A stretch of DNA of 64,000 nucleotides from Candidatus Doudnabacteria bacterium RIFCSPHIGHO2_01_FULL_46_14 (GTDB lineage: Bacteria; Patescibacteriota; Doudnabacteria; UBA920; 2-01-FULL-46-14), in NCBI GenBank assembly GCA_001779925.1, contig MFEK01000016.1, positions 78,504 through 142,503 on the forward strand, read 5' to 3'. The stretch's first letter is position 1. Each line of letters begins with the position of its first letter. The notes beneath the pieces are model-generated. The model did not search any database. It was not told the origin of the DNA and saw nothing but the letters and a program-made list of their open reading frames with translations. Below, piece by piece: positions 16,914-26,360 of this stretch. The translations under genes and the position numbers were made by a program.

Positions 16914-18842
16914 TTATGTGCCTTTTTTCCTCACCGTCTCGTCAAAAATTTCCAGCACATCTCCTTCTTTTACCGGTGTTTTAACCTTGATTTTCAGGCC
17001 GAACTCTTTACCCAGAGACACCTCACCGACTTCGATTTTATTTTGCTGAAGCTCTTCGATCTTGCCTTCGCCGGCCAATACCTTGTCCCTAAAAATTCTA
17101 AATTTTTTCTTATCCACGATTTTTCCATCGGCCACCTCGCCGCCAACAATCATGACATCTTTTTCCGTGCGGAACACCGCCTTAATTTTGGCTTTCCCAA
17201 GAATAGTCTCCACTACAACCATGGGCATCATGACCAGAAGCGCCTGAGTGACATCCTCGATCAGCTCATAAATAATGTCATACATATCAACCGTAACATT
17301 TTTCTGCTTGGCCAACTTGGCCGCCCCGGCTGTCTGGCGCGTATGAAATCCGATGATGATGCTTTGCGTATTTTCCGCAAGCGCGATATCCGATTCGTTG
17401 ATCTCCGCAACTTTTTGATCAACTATATTCAGCTTTACATCCTCAGTATCGAGTTTCCCCAGCGCGTCCGTAATCGCGCCTAAACTGCCGGCCACATCCG
17501 CCCGTAAAATTAATTTCAATTCTTTCGTGTTTGAATCAGCTTTCAGCTGGGGCCGGCTCATCAGCCTTTTTACGCGCTCCAATTTCTGCAAATTCAGCGC
17601 CTCATGCTTAGCCTCATCAAGCGAACCCGTGACTTTCAAAATATCGCCGACCTCCGGCACGCCAGAAATTCCGGAAATGAGCACCGGGTAGGATGGTCCG
17701 GCTTCTTTAACTTTTTTAACAAGAGCGTCTTCCATAGCGCGGATTTTCCCATACGCAGTTCCCACGATCACAGTATCGCCGATCTTCAACGTCCCGTTCT
17801 GCACCAGTACAGTCGCAACTGCGCCGTGCGAGCGCGAAAGATGTGATTCGATGACAGTACCAAGAGTCTGCCCTTCCGGATTGGCTTTCAGCTCCTCCAC
17901 GTCAGCCACAATCAAAACTGTTTCCAGCAATTTATCAATCCCCATGCCGGTTTTGGCAGACAAAGGAACAGCCGGGGTATTGCCGCCCCATTCCTCAATA
18001 GTTACGCCAAGCTGGGACAAATCCGCTTTGACGCGGTCTATATTGGCCTCGGGTTTATCAACTTTGTTGATGGCCACAATCATCGGAGTCTTGGTAAGCT
18101 TGGCGCGGTTGATGACCTCAAGGGTTTGCGGCTTCACACTGTCGTCAGCCGCCACCACCAAAACAATAATGTCCGTAACGTTTGCGCCGCGGGCGCGCAT
18201 GGCCGCAAACGCCTCATGACCCGGGGTGTCGAGAAAAGTAATTTTGCGGCCATTAGATTCAACCTGATAAGCACCGATGTGCTGAGTGATCGCGCCCGAT
18301 TCCGTGGCCACAACATTAGTTTTGCGAATCGTATCAAGAAGCGTGGTTTTGCCGTGGTCAACATGGCCCATGACCGCCACAATCGGGGGCCGCTCTTTCA
18401 GGTTGGCAGGATCTTCTTTGGCCACCAAATCGAAAACATACCCGAGCGCCATTTTTGCAGGATCAGAGTTCGCTTTTTCCAGTTCTACCTCTACTCCAAA
18501 CTCGGAAGCTATGATGCCCGCAGTATCAGCATCTATCTCTTCATTAATAGTTGCCATAACCCCGTTCATAATTAATTTCTTTATAACTGCCGTAACCGGC
18601 TGTTTGAGCTTGGCAGAAAAATCCTTGACCGAAATAAGCTGGGGAATAATGATGCTGGTAATTTTCTCATCCATGACCACAGGCGCCGTGCTCTGTCCCG
18701 TCAGTTTTCTCATAATCTCGCGCGCCAGACTATTGTCAACTTTGCGCGCCTTCAGAGACACGCGAAAACCCGCCTCGCGCATTTTATTGCGCAGGTCCTG
18801 GACTGACATATTTAATTGCTGGGAAAGTGTAGAAAGATCCAT
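16914..18842 (-). CDS. infB: Translation initiation factor IF-2
   Basis: GTPase motifs VAVMGHVDHGKTTLLD and DTPGH. 642 aa. Confidence 0.95.
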   Translation of the reverse strand: MDLSTLSQQLNMSVQDLRNKMREAGFRVSLKARKVDNSLAREIMRKLTGQSTAPVVMDEKITSIIIPQLISVKDFSAKLKQPVTAVIKKLIMNGVMATINEEIDADTAGIIASEFGVEVELEKANSDPAKMALGYVFDLVAKEDPANLKERPPIVAVMGHVDHGKTTLLDTIRKTNVVATESGAITQHIGAYQVESNGRKITFLDTPGHEAFAAMRARGANVTDIIVLVVAADDSVKPQTLEVINRAKLTKTPMIVAINKVDKPEANIDRVKADLSQLGVTIEEWGGNTPAVPLSAKTGMGIDKLLETVLIVADVEELKANPEGQTLGTVIESHLSRSHGAVATVLVQNGTLKIGDTVIVGTAYGKIRAMEDALVKKVKEAGPSYPVLISGISGVPEVGDILKVTGSLDEAKHEALNLQKLERVKRLMSRPQLKADSNTKELKLILRADVAGSLGAITDALGKLDTEDVKLNIVDQKVAEINESDIALAENTQSIIIGFHTRQTAGAAKLAKQKNVTVDMYDIIYELIEDVTQALLVMMPMVVVETILGKAKIKAVFRTEKDVMIVGGEVADGKIVDKKKFRIFRDKVLAGEGKIEELQQNKIEVGEVSLGKEFGLKIKVKTPVKEGDVLEIFDETVRKKGT

Positions 18843-18974
18843 CGCTGTTGATCCCTCTCCTTTGCAAGGAGAGGTAAAACTTTATGAATTAGAAATCATT
18901 ATGGCACTTTATTGGCATTTTTGCAATCATTCGAAAAGCGAAACGGGCGGTCCTAATGAACGCGCCCGTGAAAC

Positions 18975-19691
18975 TTACCGCTTTTTAATTTTGGCTTTTC
19001 TGCGCCGATAACGCTCTGACTCAAGACGTTGTTGTGCTCGAATTGTAATATCTTTCATTTCTTCTACACAACGACGTTCCCGCTGTCTCAATATCAGCCT
19101 TGATTCCAAAGAAAGGCCTGCGCAATCAATCGGCACCTCTATAAGGCGTTCCGCAATTGCGTCAGCGTCGGCCGCACTCAATCCGCCGCCGTAGAATCTT
19201 CGAGCCTCCCTGTATCGCTCAACAAACTCGGAGGCCGTGATGATTCTAACCAATTCGATGCCGAGTAGACAAGCAAACATACCCGCCAATGCATACTCCG
19301 CCGATTCGATAATACTGCCTGGTATCGCTGAATTAATTTTGGAGAACCAATACAGCCACTGAGCCAACCATAATTGTATTCCCGACCAGTACGGAGCGAT
19401 TAGCCACATTGGCCAAAATACGCTCCCCGCAACAATGGCTGTAATCCAAAATTGATCTTTCCGAAGCAATAAGCATGTCATGCCCGCACCGAATGCCAAT
19501 ACAATTATCAACTGCCCCCATCCTACCTGTGGGGGGATGATCTTGAAAAAAGACAGTACAAGCATCGTGAAACTCGTGCCCAATGACCAAAATGCCCGCG
19601 TTCGCACTTTATGTTTGTCTTGCAAAGCCGCCAGCGATTTTTCTTTAACCGATACCCAGACGTTGCCCCACGCCAAAACTTTACTCATCAA
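18975..19691 (-). CDS. Hypothetical polytopic membrane protein
   Basis: Multiple TM helices. Co-directional with, and immediately downstream of, TrmB paralogue 3. Confidence 0.5.
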   Translation of the reverse strand: MMSKVLAWGNVWVSVKEKSLAALQDKHKVRTRAFWSLGTSFTMLVLSFFKIIPPQVGWGQLIIVLAFGAGMTCLLLRKDQFWITAIVAGSVFWPMWLIAPYWSGIQLWLAQWLYWFSKINSAIPGSIIESAEYALAGMFACLLGIELVRIITASEFVERYREARRFYGGGLSAADADAIAERLIEVPIDCAGLSLESRLILRQRERRCVEEMKDITIRAQQRLESERYRRRKAKIKKR

Positions 19692-19754
19692 CTCCTCCGC
19701 CGTATTGTGAAACCCTGATTCCCTATTCTACATCTACTTGGATTTTTCGCAAAA

Positions 19755-20507
19755 TCAACTCTTGATAACTTTTTCGTAAGGCACGCCTGCCATCCACGCC
19801 ATATCAAACAAAATCCGCAGGGACTGGCTCACCTCCCGGCTTTCGATCTGCACTGCAAATACTGCCGGCTTGAAAGAGAAAAAAGCCACATGATTTCCGT
19901 AAATCGCGCTGTCAGTTAAAAATTCCGGAAAACTCTTTGGTGCAAAACGGCTTTGATAATATTCATGCTGTTTTATCCAGCTGACGTACTCGATGTCGGC
20001 TGGCGTCTGGGTAAGAATTTCTCTGACTTTTGTTTGTTTGGTAATCACCCGCTCCCGCAAAAGCTTGGGCATGTCCGGGAACATGGCGAACACATCTCGG
20101 ATCGTGGAAAAAAAATCAATCGCGGGCGAGGAAAATATTTTATCATAGACCTGCCTCAAACCTTGCTTGCCTTCATAAAGCTGCACTTGGGGTTTTTCTT
20201 TTTTCGCATTGTAAACCGCGAGCAGATTGGGCATGAATCTTTTGAGGAGCTCTTCCTTGCGATTAATCTCTGTCAAAATCAGCTCCGGTGATTCGGCAGT
20301 GTATAGAGTTTTCCTGGCACGAGGCACCAGACTCACTAATCCTCGCGTTTGCAAATCATCTAAGACCAAATAAGTTGTGGGTCGTTTGGTTCCGGCTTTT
20401 TTGGCAATGGATTCTACCGAAGCCACGCCCAGCTCCAAAGCGGCCAGGTAAACGCTGGCTTCTTTGGCATGTAGCCCCAGTTTTTCTAAAGTGTCTGTCA
20501 GTTCCAT
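19755..20507 (-). CDS. TrmB-family HTH transcriptional regulator (paralogue 3)
   Basis: LGLHAKEASVYLAALELGVASVESIAKKAGTKRPTTYLVLDDL. Confidence 0.7.
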   Translation of the reverse strand: MELTDTLEKLGLHAKEASVYLAALELGVASVESIAKKAGTKRPTTYLVLDDLQTRGLVSLVPRARKTLYTAESPELILTEINRKEELLKRFMPNLLAVYNAKKEKPQVQLYEGKQGLRQVYDKIFSSPAIDFFSTIRDVFAMFPDMPKLLRERVITKQTKVREILTQTPADIEYVSWIKQHEYYQSRFAPKSFPEFLTDSAIYGNHVAFFSFKPAVFAVQIESREVSQSLRILFDMAWMAGVPYEKVIKS

Positions 20508-20520
20508 ATAATCGCATTGT

Positions 20521-20541
20521 TCCCCTCCTCGTGAGGAGGGG
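20521..20541. repeat. GC-rich palindrome cccctcctcgtgaggagggg of the CCCCTCC/GGAGGGG family
   Basis: Perfect hairpin. It is followed by a second hairpin, gaagcaatctcgggtgggattgcttc. Confidence 0.6.
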
Positions 20542-20816
20542 TTAGGGGAGGTTATTTGTCATTGCGAGGGTATTCCCGAAGCAATCTCGGGTGGGATTGC
20601 TTCGCCGACTACGGCTCGCAAAGACAGCGTAGCGAAGAATTTATATTCTGTCAATTTTTCTGACAAATTGCAAATGAACAACAAATTTTGCCTTAAATAA
20701 GGCATTATTTTCACTAATTTCTATCTAAAACTCTAGACAAATGTGTCAAAATTTGCTAATATACATCGTTACGCTGGAAATGTCTCTAGCCTAACATCAA
20801 AGCCAAAAGGAGGGTT

Positions 20817-20976
20817 TATGCCAAAGGTCTTAAAAATTGAAGGAAATGTAGCTGACAACGGAACGCTTCTAACCGGGGTAATAATGGTTCACTATGACCC
20901 GGAAGACTTGCAAAAATTCATGGATGATTGGCGCAAGGAAATGGAGGAGCGGAAGAAAAAAAGGAAAGAGCCTTAG
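20817..20976 (+). CDS. Small hypothetical protein (53 aa)
   Basis: Strong SD aaaggaggg 5 nt upstream of ATG 20817. The ORF-track start at 20743 has no RBS. Confidence 0.4.
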
Positions 20977-21130
20977 CACTCCCTCCCCGTCTGGCCAAAA
21001 TAGACGGGAATTTTTTCCAGACAATATTCAACGCAATGAATGTTGTTTGAAAGGAATTATAACAATATCAAGGGGGGTCTTATCTTCCAGTAAGTCCTGA
21101 CCGAAAGGCAGGCATGGATTGGAGGAAATC

Positions 21131-21472
21131 ATGAAAACCATTAACGAGAAAGTGGAATATCTTCGCACCGTCCTGATCGCTGTCTTCGGCCAAGAGGGGG
21201 ATAAAAGTATGTGCTTGTCTTGTCCCCCGGGTTGCTTGCAATCTTACCGGCCATGCCCCGATGTGTCAGACCTTCGAGCGATTCTTGCTCGAATGGAAGC
21301 TGACCGCGTGGCGGGAGAAGCGTTTAAGCGGAGATACCGAACTCCGATCTATGAGGCGCTCCTCAAGATCGGATTCAATCCGCAGGCTGCAGAGAGACTC
21401 ACCGACAGGACTAGCCGCGACTGTATACGCGGTGATGAGTTCCTGGAATTGGTGAGGAGCAATCTCTCGTAG
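21131..21472 (+). CDS. Hypothetical protein (113 aa), Cys-containing
   Basis: SD ggagg 5 nt upstream of ATG 21131. Confidence 0.5.
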   Translation: MKTINEKVEYLRTVLIAVFGQEGDKSMCLSCPPGCLQSYRPCPDVSDLRAILARMEADRVAGEAFKRRYRTPIYEALLKIGFNPQAAERLTDRTSRDCIRGDEFLELVRSNLS

Positions 21473-21591
21473 CCCAAACCCTTTCTCCGCCCGTGATTTG
21501 GCTTGCGACAATTCACGGGAATTTTTTCCAGATAAGTATCGCATGGGGCGATGGTTGTCTGAAAAGAATTTGAAAACCTTTTGGAGGAATT

Positions 21592-22194
21592 ATGCAACGG
21601 ACTTGGAAGAATTTCTTTGGGTTAGCAACTGCAATGATAGTGGTGATGATTATCGCCAGCAAATGCGATGCGCACGGACAAGGACTAGCAGAGATTCGCG
21701 GGACGAATACGAAATACCGTTACATTGATGCCGCCTACAGTTTCAAGAACAATATCATGCTTGATGGATTCTATCTTGGCGTGCCTGGCGAAAATCAAAT
21801 CCATGCCGGTGCCGGATACAATATCAAGCCCAGCGAACATTTTACAATCACCCCGGCTGTCTACATGACACGTTCAAAGGAAGGTGAAACTGGAATCAAA
21901 GCCGCTTTGCTCGTGAATGGAAGCCTGGGCCGCTGGAAAACTAATGCTTTTCTTGGGAAACACAAATCCCTAAAAAGTTTACCATCTTACACTTTTTTGG
22001 ACGCTCTCGAACTGGCACGCAGCGTGAAACAATTCGAGATCGGTGTCTCAACAGGATTCGTTCACATGGAGCGCAACTGGAACCCACTCGTCGGCCCGGT
22101 AGTAAAATTCAACGACAAATCAGGCGCATGGAGCTTATCCGTACGCAGCGGCAGTGAAACGGAAATCCGGCTCACGCGAACTTTCAACTTCTGA
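21592..22194 (+). CDS. Secreted protein, hypothetical
   Basis: N-terminal signal peptide. SD ttggagg. Ends ...RLTRTFNF with a C-terminal Phe, which is beta-barrel-like. Confidence 0.5.
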   Translation: MQRTWKNFFGLATAMIVVMIIASKCDAHGQGLAEIRGTNTKYRYIDAAYSFKNNIMLDGFYLGVPGENQIHAGAGYNIKPSEHFTITPAVYMTRSKEGETGIKAALLVNGSLGRWKTNAFLGKHKSLKSLPSYTFLDALELARSVKQFEIGVSTGFVHMERNWNPLVGPVVKFNDKSGAWSLSVRSGSETEIRLTRTFNF

Positions 22195-22206
22195 CAAGGA
22201 GAGTTT

Positions 22207-22926
22207 ATGGACAAATGGACACGACTTGACGACCGAATGCTGGAACGGCGATTCTTGACTGAAAAAAATCCCGCCCTCGTCAACATCGAACGGCAAAGTT
22301 TATCCGCGGCCGAGGAGCAAGGAACATGGATAGTCCGACAATATTGTTCCCTGGTCCGGATGATCATCGAATACCTGGGACTAGGGATGAGCCTCATCCC
22401 GATACATAGGGTGCAAACAGAACTTGCTCGAAATATCGGCGAAGAGCAAGGCTCGCGCACGGGTGGCGTGCCGCACCGGGAACTGCTAGCCAAGATCCTG
22501 CGCGATGAGCTGAACATGGAATGCTTTTCGCCCTGGTCACAGGCCACCCTGCGTTTTCACCTGGCTCTGCTGGGACAGTTTCAAACACAAGCTAAAAACC
22601 CGGTACATATCGCGGGAATGATCTACGCCCTCGAGGCCAGCGCGTGTCCGGAGCTTCTCGTGGTAGCCAGAATCATCAACAGTTTTGCCGGCTATCAGGT
22701 GGTCAATCTCGACACGGTTCAAGATTTCAATCGAAGTCGTGAGATCAAAACTCTGGAGGACTTCATCGCCGTCCATGTCATTGATTTCGAGCTCGGCCAC
22801 AAGCTCGGGCTCTGCCAAACCCTCGACAGATTTGCCTCCACTGACTGGGAGGCGTTCGAGCTGGGATTTGAATTCGTGCTGGACACCATGGCCGAGTGGT
22901 GGGAGGCGCTGAGCAATGGGGGATGA
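22207..22926 (+). CDS. Hypothetical cytoplasmic protein
   Basis: SD acaaggagag. No motif confidently recognised. Confidence 0.5.
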   Translation: MDKWTRLDDRMLERRFLTEKNPALVNIERQSLSAAEEQGTWIVRQYCSLVRMIIEYLGLGMSLIPIHRVQTELARNIGEEQGSRTGGVPHRELLAKILRDELNMECFSPWSQATLRFHLALLGQFQTQAKNPVHIAGMIYALEASACPELLVVARIINSFAGYQVVNLDTVQDFNRSREIKTLEDFIAVHVIDFELGHKLGLCQTLDRFASTDWEAFELGFEFVLDTMAEWWEALSNGG

Positions 22927-22942
22927 ATTTCGTACCAATTCA

Positions 22943-22987
22943 AAACCCGGGCGAGAGCAATCTCATCGCCCGGTTTTTTATTTTGCT
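22943..22987 (+). terminator. Terminator module D, copy 1
   Basis: cccgggcgagagcaatctcatcgcccggttttttatttt. Nearly identical to 24676-24717. Confidence 0.65.
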
Positions 22988-23002
22988 AATTATCCACAGA
23001 GA

Positions 23003-23095
23003 CTCACTTACTTCACAGCCGTGAATGAAGTGAGTACTTGTTAAATTATGCTGAAGTACCCCACAGACTTCACGATCGTGAAGTCTGTGGGGTAC
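23003..23095. repeat. Two tandem palindromes of the TTCACGATCGTGAA-core family. The second is a perfect 40 bp palindrome.
   Basis: 23003-23034 is ctcacttacttcacagccgtgaatgaagtgag. 23056-23095 is gtaccccacagacttcacgatcgtgaagtctgtggggtac. Confidence 0.65.
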
Positions 23096-23096
23096 T

Positions 23097-23885
23097 TTAT
23101 TTTTCTTCTCCGGTGGACTCCCAAATAAAATAAAAAAGCGAGCGCATGGTCGCGGCGATCTCTTTTGAACGGATGATGAGTCCGATTGGCTCGCTATCTT
23201 TGCGCCATAAAGCAAAAGATGCATTGTCGCCATAAATGTAGCAGTCGAGTGGCAACGGAAATTTCTTTGAATCCAAAGTTTTTACTCGGCGCAAAAAGGC
23301 AGGATCAGTTTTTAAATTCATCTCCGCTGATCTTGCGACGCCGCTCAGCAAAATATCAATTGCAATTCCGTATTTAATTCTTCTGGGAATATAATAATTA
23401 CTCGCATACTCATCAATCGCAGGATGGATGTTTTCTAAACCTACAAAATTGAGCGTCGGCTTGCGCTGATGGAGATTGTCCAAATAGATTTTCTTTACGC
23501 CTTCTACGCCTTCATAAAAAACAATTTTCGGTTTCACAGAAGCAGTTGCTAGTAACATCCGCAGCTCTGGCAGACGTTTCTGTATTAGCTCCAGTTCAGC
23601 TGCTTTTTTCTCTACATAGCTTTCCGGATCTTCTGCCACTAGAAAGCGTCTTTTGCCAATCATGGTTTCTGAGAGAAGGCCTTTGCTGAATAAATTTGGT
23701 AGGAGTTTATAGAGTGTTGGCCTTTTTACCCCTGATTTATCTGCCAAGTGTTTAGGCAATGACCTGCCCAATTCCAAGGCTGATAAATAAATGGCTGATT
23801 CGGCCTTGGAAAGTCCTAGATTTTCTAATGTTTCTTCAATATGCATATTAAAGTGTTGCAGTTTATGACACTTTATATCATGCAT
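23097..23885 (-). CDS. TrmB-family HTH transcriptional regulator (paralogue 4)
   Basis: LGLSKAESAIYLSALELGRSLPKHLADKSGVKRPTLYKLL. Confidence 0.7.
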   Translation of the reverse strand: MHDIKCHKLQHFNMHIEETLENLGLSKAESAIYLSALELGRSLPKHLADKSGVKRPTLYKLLPNLFSKGLLSETMIGKRRFLVAEDPESYVEKKAAELELIQKRLPELRMLLATASVKPKIVFYEGVEGVKKIYLDNLHQRKPTLNFVGLENIHPAIDEYASNYYIPRRIKYGIAIDILLSGVARSAEMNLKTDPAFLRRVKTLDSKKFPLPLDCYIYGDNASFALWRKDSEPIGLIIRSKEIAATMRSLFYFIWESTGEEK

Positions 23886-23961
23886 TATTTACTTTATCTC
23901 GTCAACAATATATGATCCAAAGTCACAATAGACACAAATTGTGACAGAAATTGGAGGAACG

Positions 23962-24120
23962 ATGACAGTTGAAGAAGGAATGTCCCGTGCCATTGAGATT
24001 GCAAAACAGCTTGCTGTGCAAATTGGTTGGAAACGACAAGGTGAAACCAGTGCATATTACGCACTAACTGTTGCAATTCTCGCCGCAGCAATCTTCAGCC
24101 GCATGGGAGGAGAAGAATGA
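23962..24120 (+). CDS. Small hypothetical protein (52 aa), translationally coupled (ATGA overlap) to the next gene
   Basis: SD ttggagg before ATG 23962. Hydrophobic C-terminus. Confidence 0.4.
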   Translation: MTVEEGMSRAIEIAKQLAVQIGWKRQGETSAYYALTVAILAAAIFSRMGGEE

Positions 24121-24668
24121 TCGAACAATTTCGAGTTACAAAACATAACGGGGAGGACCCTTACTATCCCGTCCGCTTCACAGCAGTGCTTCCCGAAAAA
24201 AAGCCTCTCAAGGCCCTGGTTAAGGAAGTCGTGAAAGCCATCTGTAATTGGAAAGCTCCCTGGGGTAAGGTCTTCGAGATTTACTGCGACAATCCCGCGT
24301 ACATTCCTTACAACTATGTTAAAACTGATGAAAAACGCGGAGTGGCGGCGTTTGTCCTTCTTCAAGAAAGACCTCTCATTGCAATCCTTCAAGGACCTGC
24401 AAGAGCATGGGATGAAGCTATCTACGCAATACGTCTGGAAGGTGACGTTGTCCGAGGCTGGCGCATTGAACACGGCTCTGGTTACCACGGACCTGATGGC
24501 GATGCATTCGGCAACCACTACCGATTCGTTCTGACAGAACTCAAAGCCGGAGTGCTGCGCTACACTGCAATGACCAAAACAGATCGGAGGAAAAACGATC
24601 AAGGTGTATGGACTTCGAAAATTCAGGATACTCCAAAAGAAATAGACCTACTCGCGGAGATACCCTAA
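24117..24668 (+). CDS. Hypothetical protein (183 aa)
   Basis: SD gggaggag. No recognised motif. Confidence 0.5.
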   Translation: MIEQFRVTKHNGEDPYYPVRFTAVLPEKKPLKALVKEVVKAICNWKAPWGKVFEIYCDNPAYIPYNYVKTDEKRGVAAFVLLQERPLIAILQGPARAWDEAIYAIRLEGDVVRGWRIEHGSGYHGPDGDAFGNHYRFVLTELKAGVLRYTAMTKTDRRKNDQGVWTSKIQDTPKEIDLLAEIP

Positions 24669-24675
24669 AAATTAA

Positions 24676-24717
24676 ACCGAGGCGAGAGCAATCTCATCGC
24701 CCGGTTTTTTATTTGCC
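24676..24717 (+). terminator. Terminator module D, copy 2
   Basis: aaccgaggcgagagcaatctcatcgcccggttttttatttgcc. Confidence 0.65.
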
Positions 24718-24767
24718 TAAATGAACCACCCCCGCAGCAAGCTGACGGGGTATCATAAGCCTACGAT

Positions 24768-24806
24768 TCACCCCTCCCTAACCCTCCCCATCAAGGGGAG
24801 GGAAAA
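24768..24806. repeat. Family-A GC-rich hairpin element, copy A1
   Basis: tcacccctccctaaccctccccatcaaggggagggaaa. It is 38/39 nt identical to 58651-58690 and close to 47147-47186. Confidence 0.7.
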
Positions 24807-24858
24807 AGCAGGGAACCGCGGCAAGCCGCGGGGAATTAGACCCGGGGAGATTAAATAG

Positions 24859-24897
24859 TGACCCATAGGATTCACGATCGTGAAGTCTGTGAGTCAT
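24859..24897. repeat. TTCACGATCGTGAA-core palindrome with chimeric arms
   Basis: tgacccataggattcacgatcgtgaagtctgtgagtca. The left arm resembles the 29235 copy and the right arm the 23056 copy. Confidence 0.6.
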
Positions 24898-24945
24898 TTT
24901 ACGCTATGACCTCCCCCTAGCCCCTCCTCAATGAGGAGGGGAATT

Positions 24946-25809
24946 TCAAAACTGCCGGGATTTGCCGACGATCATTTTGATTTTTTGTTTCGCGACCTTT
25001 ATTATTGCGGGGGCTTTGGTGTAGACTTGCCCCTCAATAGAGAGCGGTAGTTTCCGCGGGCCAAGGACTTCGATCTGTTTGGCGTGCATGATGGTAGCGC
25101 CGGGCACATTGTCGAGACAGCCGGTAGCCAGCTCACGGCGGTAGCGGATAATTTGCCCGCTTGCAAGTTTGTTCAGTAATAAAATATCGAGAAGTTTGTC
25201 AGTGGGATCCCCGAGTTTGACCTTGCACCCGGCGTTATTGCGGCAATTGATAATCTGCGCGCCCAACACCTCTGAGGAAACCCGAAACGAATCATCAAGC
25301 TCAAGCTGTACCTCGAAAGGTGCTAGCCTCATGAATGTGCGCACGCTTGATAGGCCCATAAACCCGGGCTCGATCTGGGAAAACTGATTTTCTCCAAGCT
25401 CCACCTTGGATAAAAAATAATGCTCATTAATCTCACCCAAATCCAGGCTCGCTACCAAGCGACCTGCCAAAGTCTTTACTGAAAGCTCGATGTCAGGCGT
25501 GATCCCGAAAATCTGCCCTAACCTGGAATCTGAATCAAGCGAAATAAAGCCCACAGTAATGTCAGCGTGATGGCGCACCAAGGCATTGATAGCGCGGTTG
25601 AGCGTACTATCCGAGCCTACCACAATGATAGTTTTGGCCTCAAGGCCAATGGCTTGATCCACCAAAAGCTCCACGGTTCGGATCGAGGTCACCCGATAAG
25701 TCTCCCCTTCTATATGGTGTTCCGCGATCAGGTTCAGGAGGCGTCCTTGGATGCGCTCAAAATATTTGACTTCTTTGTCCTTTCCCGGATCAAAGATATA
25801 AAAATACAT
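24946..25809 (-). CDS. Diacylglycerol/lipid kinase catalytic-domain protein (YegS/BmrU-like)
   Basis: IIVVGSDSTLNRAINAL...GFISLDSD matches the DAGK_cat pattern. Confidence 0.65.
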   Translation of the reverse strand: MYFYIFDPGKDKEVKYFERIQGRLLNLIAEHHIEGETYRVTSIRTVELLVDQAIGLEAKTIIVVGSDSTLNRAINALVRHHADITVGFISLDSDSRLGQIFGITPDIELSVKTLAGRLVASLDLGEINEHYFLSKVELGENQFSQIEPGFMGLSSVRTFMRLAPFEVQLELDDSFRVSSEVLGAQIINCRNNAGCKVKLGDPTDKLLDILLLNKLASGQIIRYRRELATGCLDNVPGATIMHAKQIEVLGPRKLPLSIEGQVYTKAPAIIKVAKQKIKMIVGKSRQF

Positions 25810-25895
25810 GGCTTTACGAATTACTAATCTTTACGAATATACGAATCCGAATTCACATTCGTAAATTCGTACCAATTCGTTATTCGTAAAACTTT
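25810..25895. repeat. TACGAAT-element copy 3, palindromic
   Basis: gttttacgaataacgaattggtacgaatttacgaatg... read in the minus orientation. Fills the gap between the bactofilin stop and the kinase start. Confidence 0.6.
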
Positions 25896-26300
25896 TTATT
25901 CTTCTTCCTCTGGCAGAACGTCACTAAGACTTTCGCCGCCTTCCGGCATGCTCATCGTGCAGGAGCCGGTAAACCGCGCTCCCTCAGCAATAGACAGACG
26001 CCCGCAGGAAATATTTCCCGAGACTTTCCCTGTTTCCTGGATGAGCAGACTGTCCTTGATTTTAATCTCGCCTTTAACCTGGCCTGCGATAACCGCGTTG
26101 CCAGAATCAATGTCGGCCTCAATGTTGGCGGCCGCTCCGACATAAAGATTTTTTGTAGTTTTTATTTTTCCGCTGACCGCTCCCTCAACGCGGATATCCC
26201 CTTCGCTGACCAAATCGCCTTCGATTTTTACTGAAGCGCCGACCACTGTTTCCGGGGCGCCGCCGTCATTGTAGTCTTCTCTTTTCGACATAATACCCAT
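25896..26300 (-). CDS. Bactofilin
   Basis: Repetitive beta-helix pattern GDLVSEGDIRVEGAVSGKIKT...GEIKIKDSLLI. Confidence 0.8.
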   Translation of the reverse strand: MGIMSKREDYNDGGAPETVVGASVKIEGDLVSEGDIRVEGAVSGKIKTTKNLYVGAAANIEADIDSGNAVIAGQVKGEIKIKDSLLIQETGKVSGNISCGRLSIAEGARFTGSCTMSMPEGGESLSDVLPEEEE

Positions 26301-26360
26301 TATTAATAATTTAAAATTAAAAAGTCAAAATGGAAAATTACGGTGTAAAATTGTTAATTG

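Noticed and set aside
17043-18575. Several 60-150 aa plus-strand ORFs
   Set aside because: All are antisense within infB and are shadow ORFs of a highly conserved gene.
22985-24897. TTCACGATCGTGAA palindromes as integron attC sites
   Set aside because: No GTTRRRY core sites or extrahelical-base architecture, and no intI nearby.
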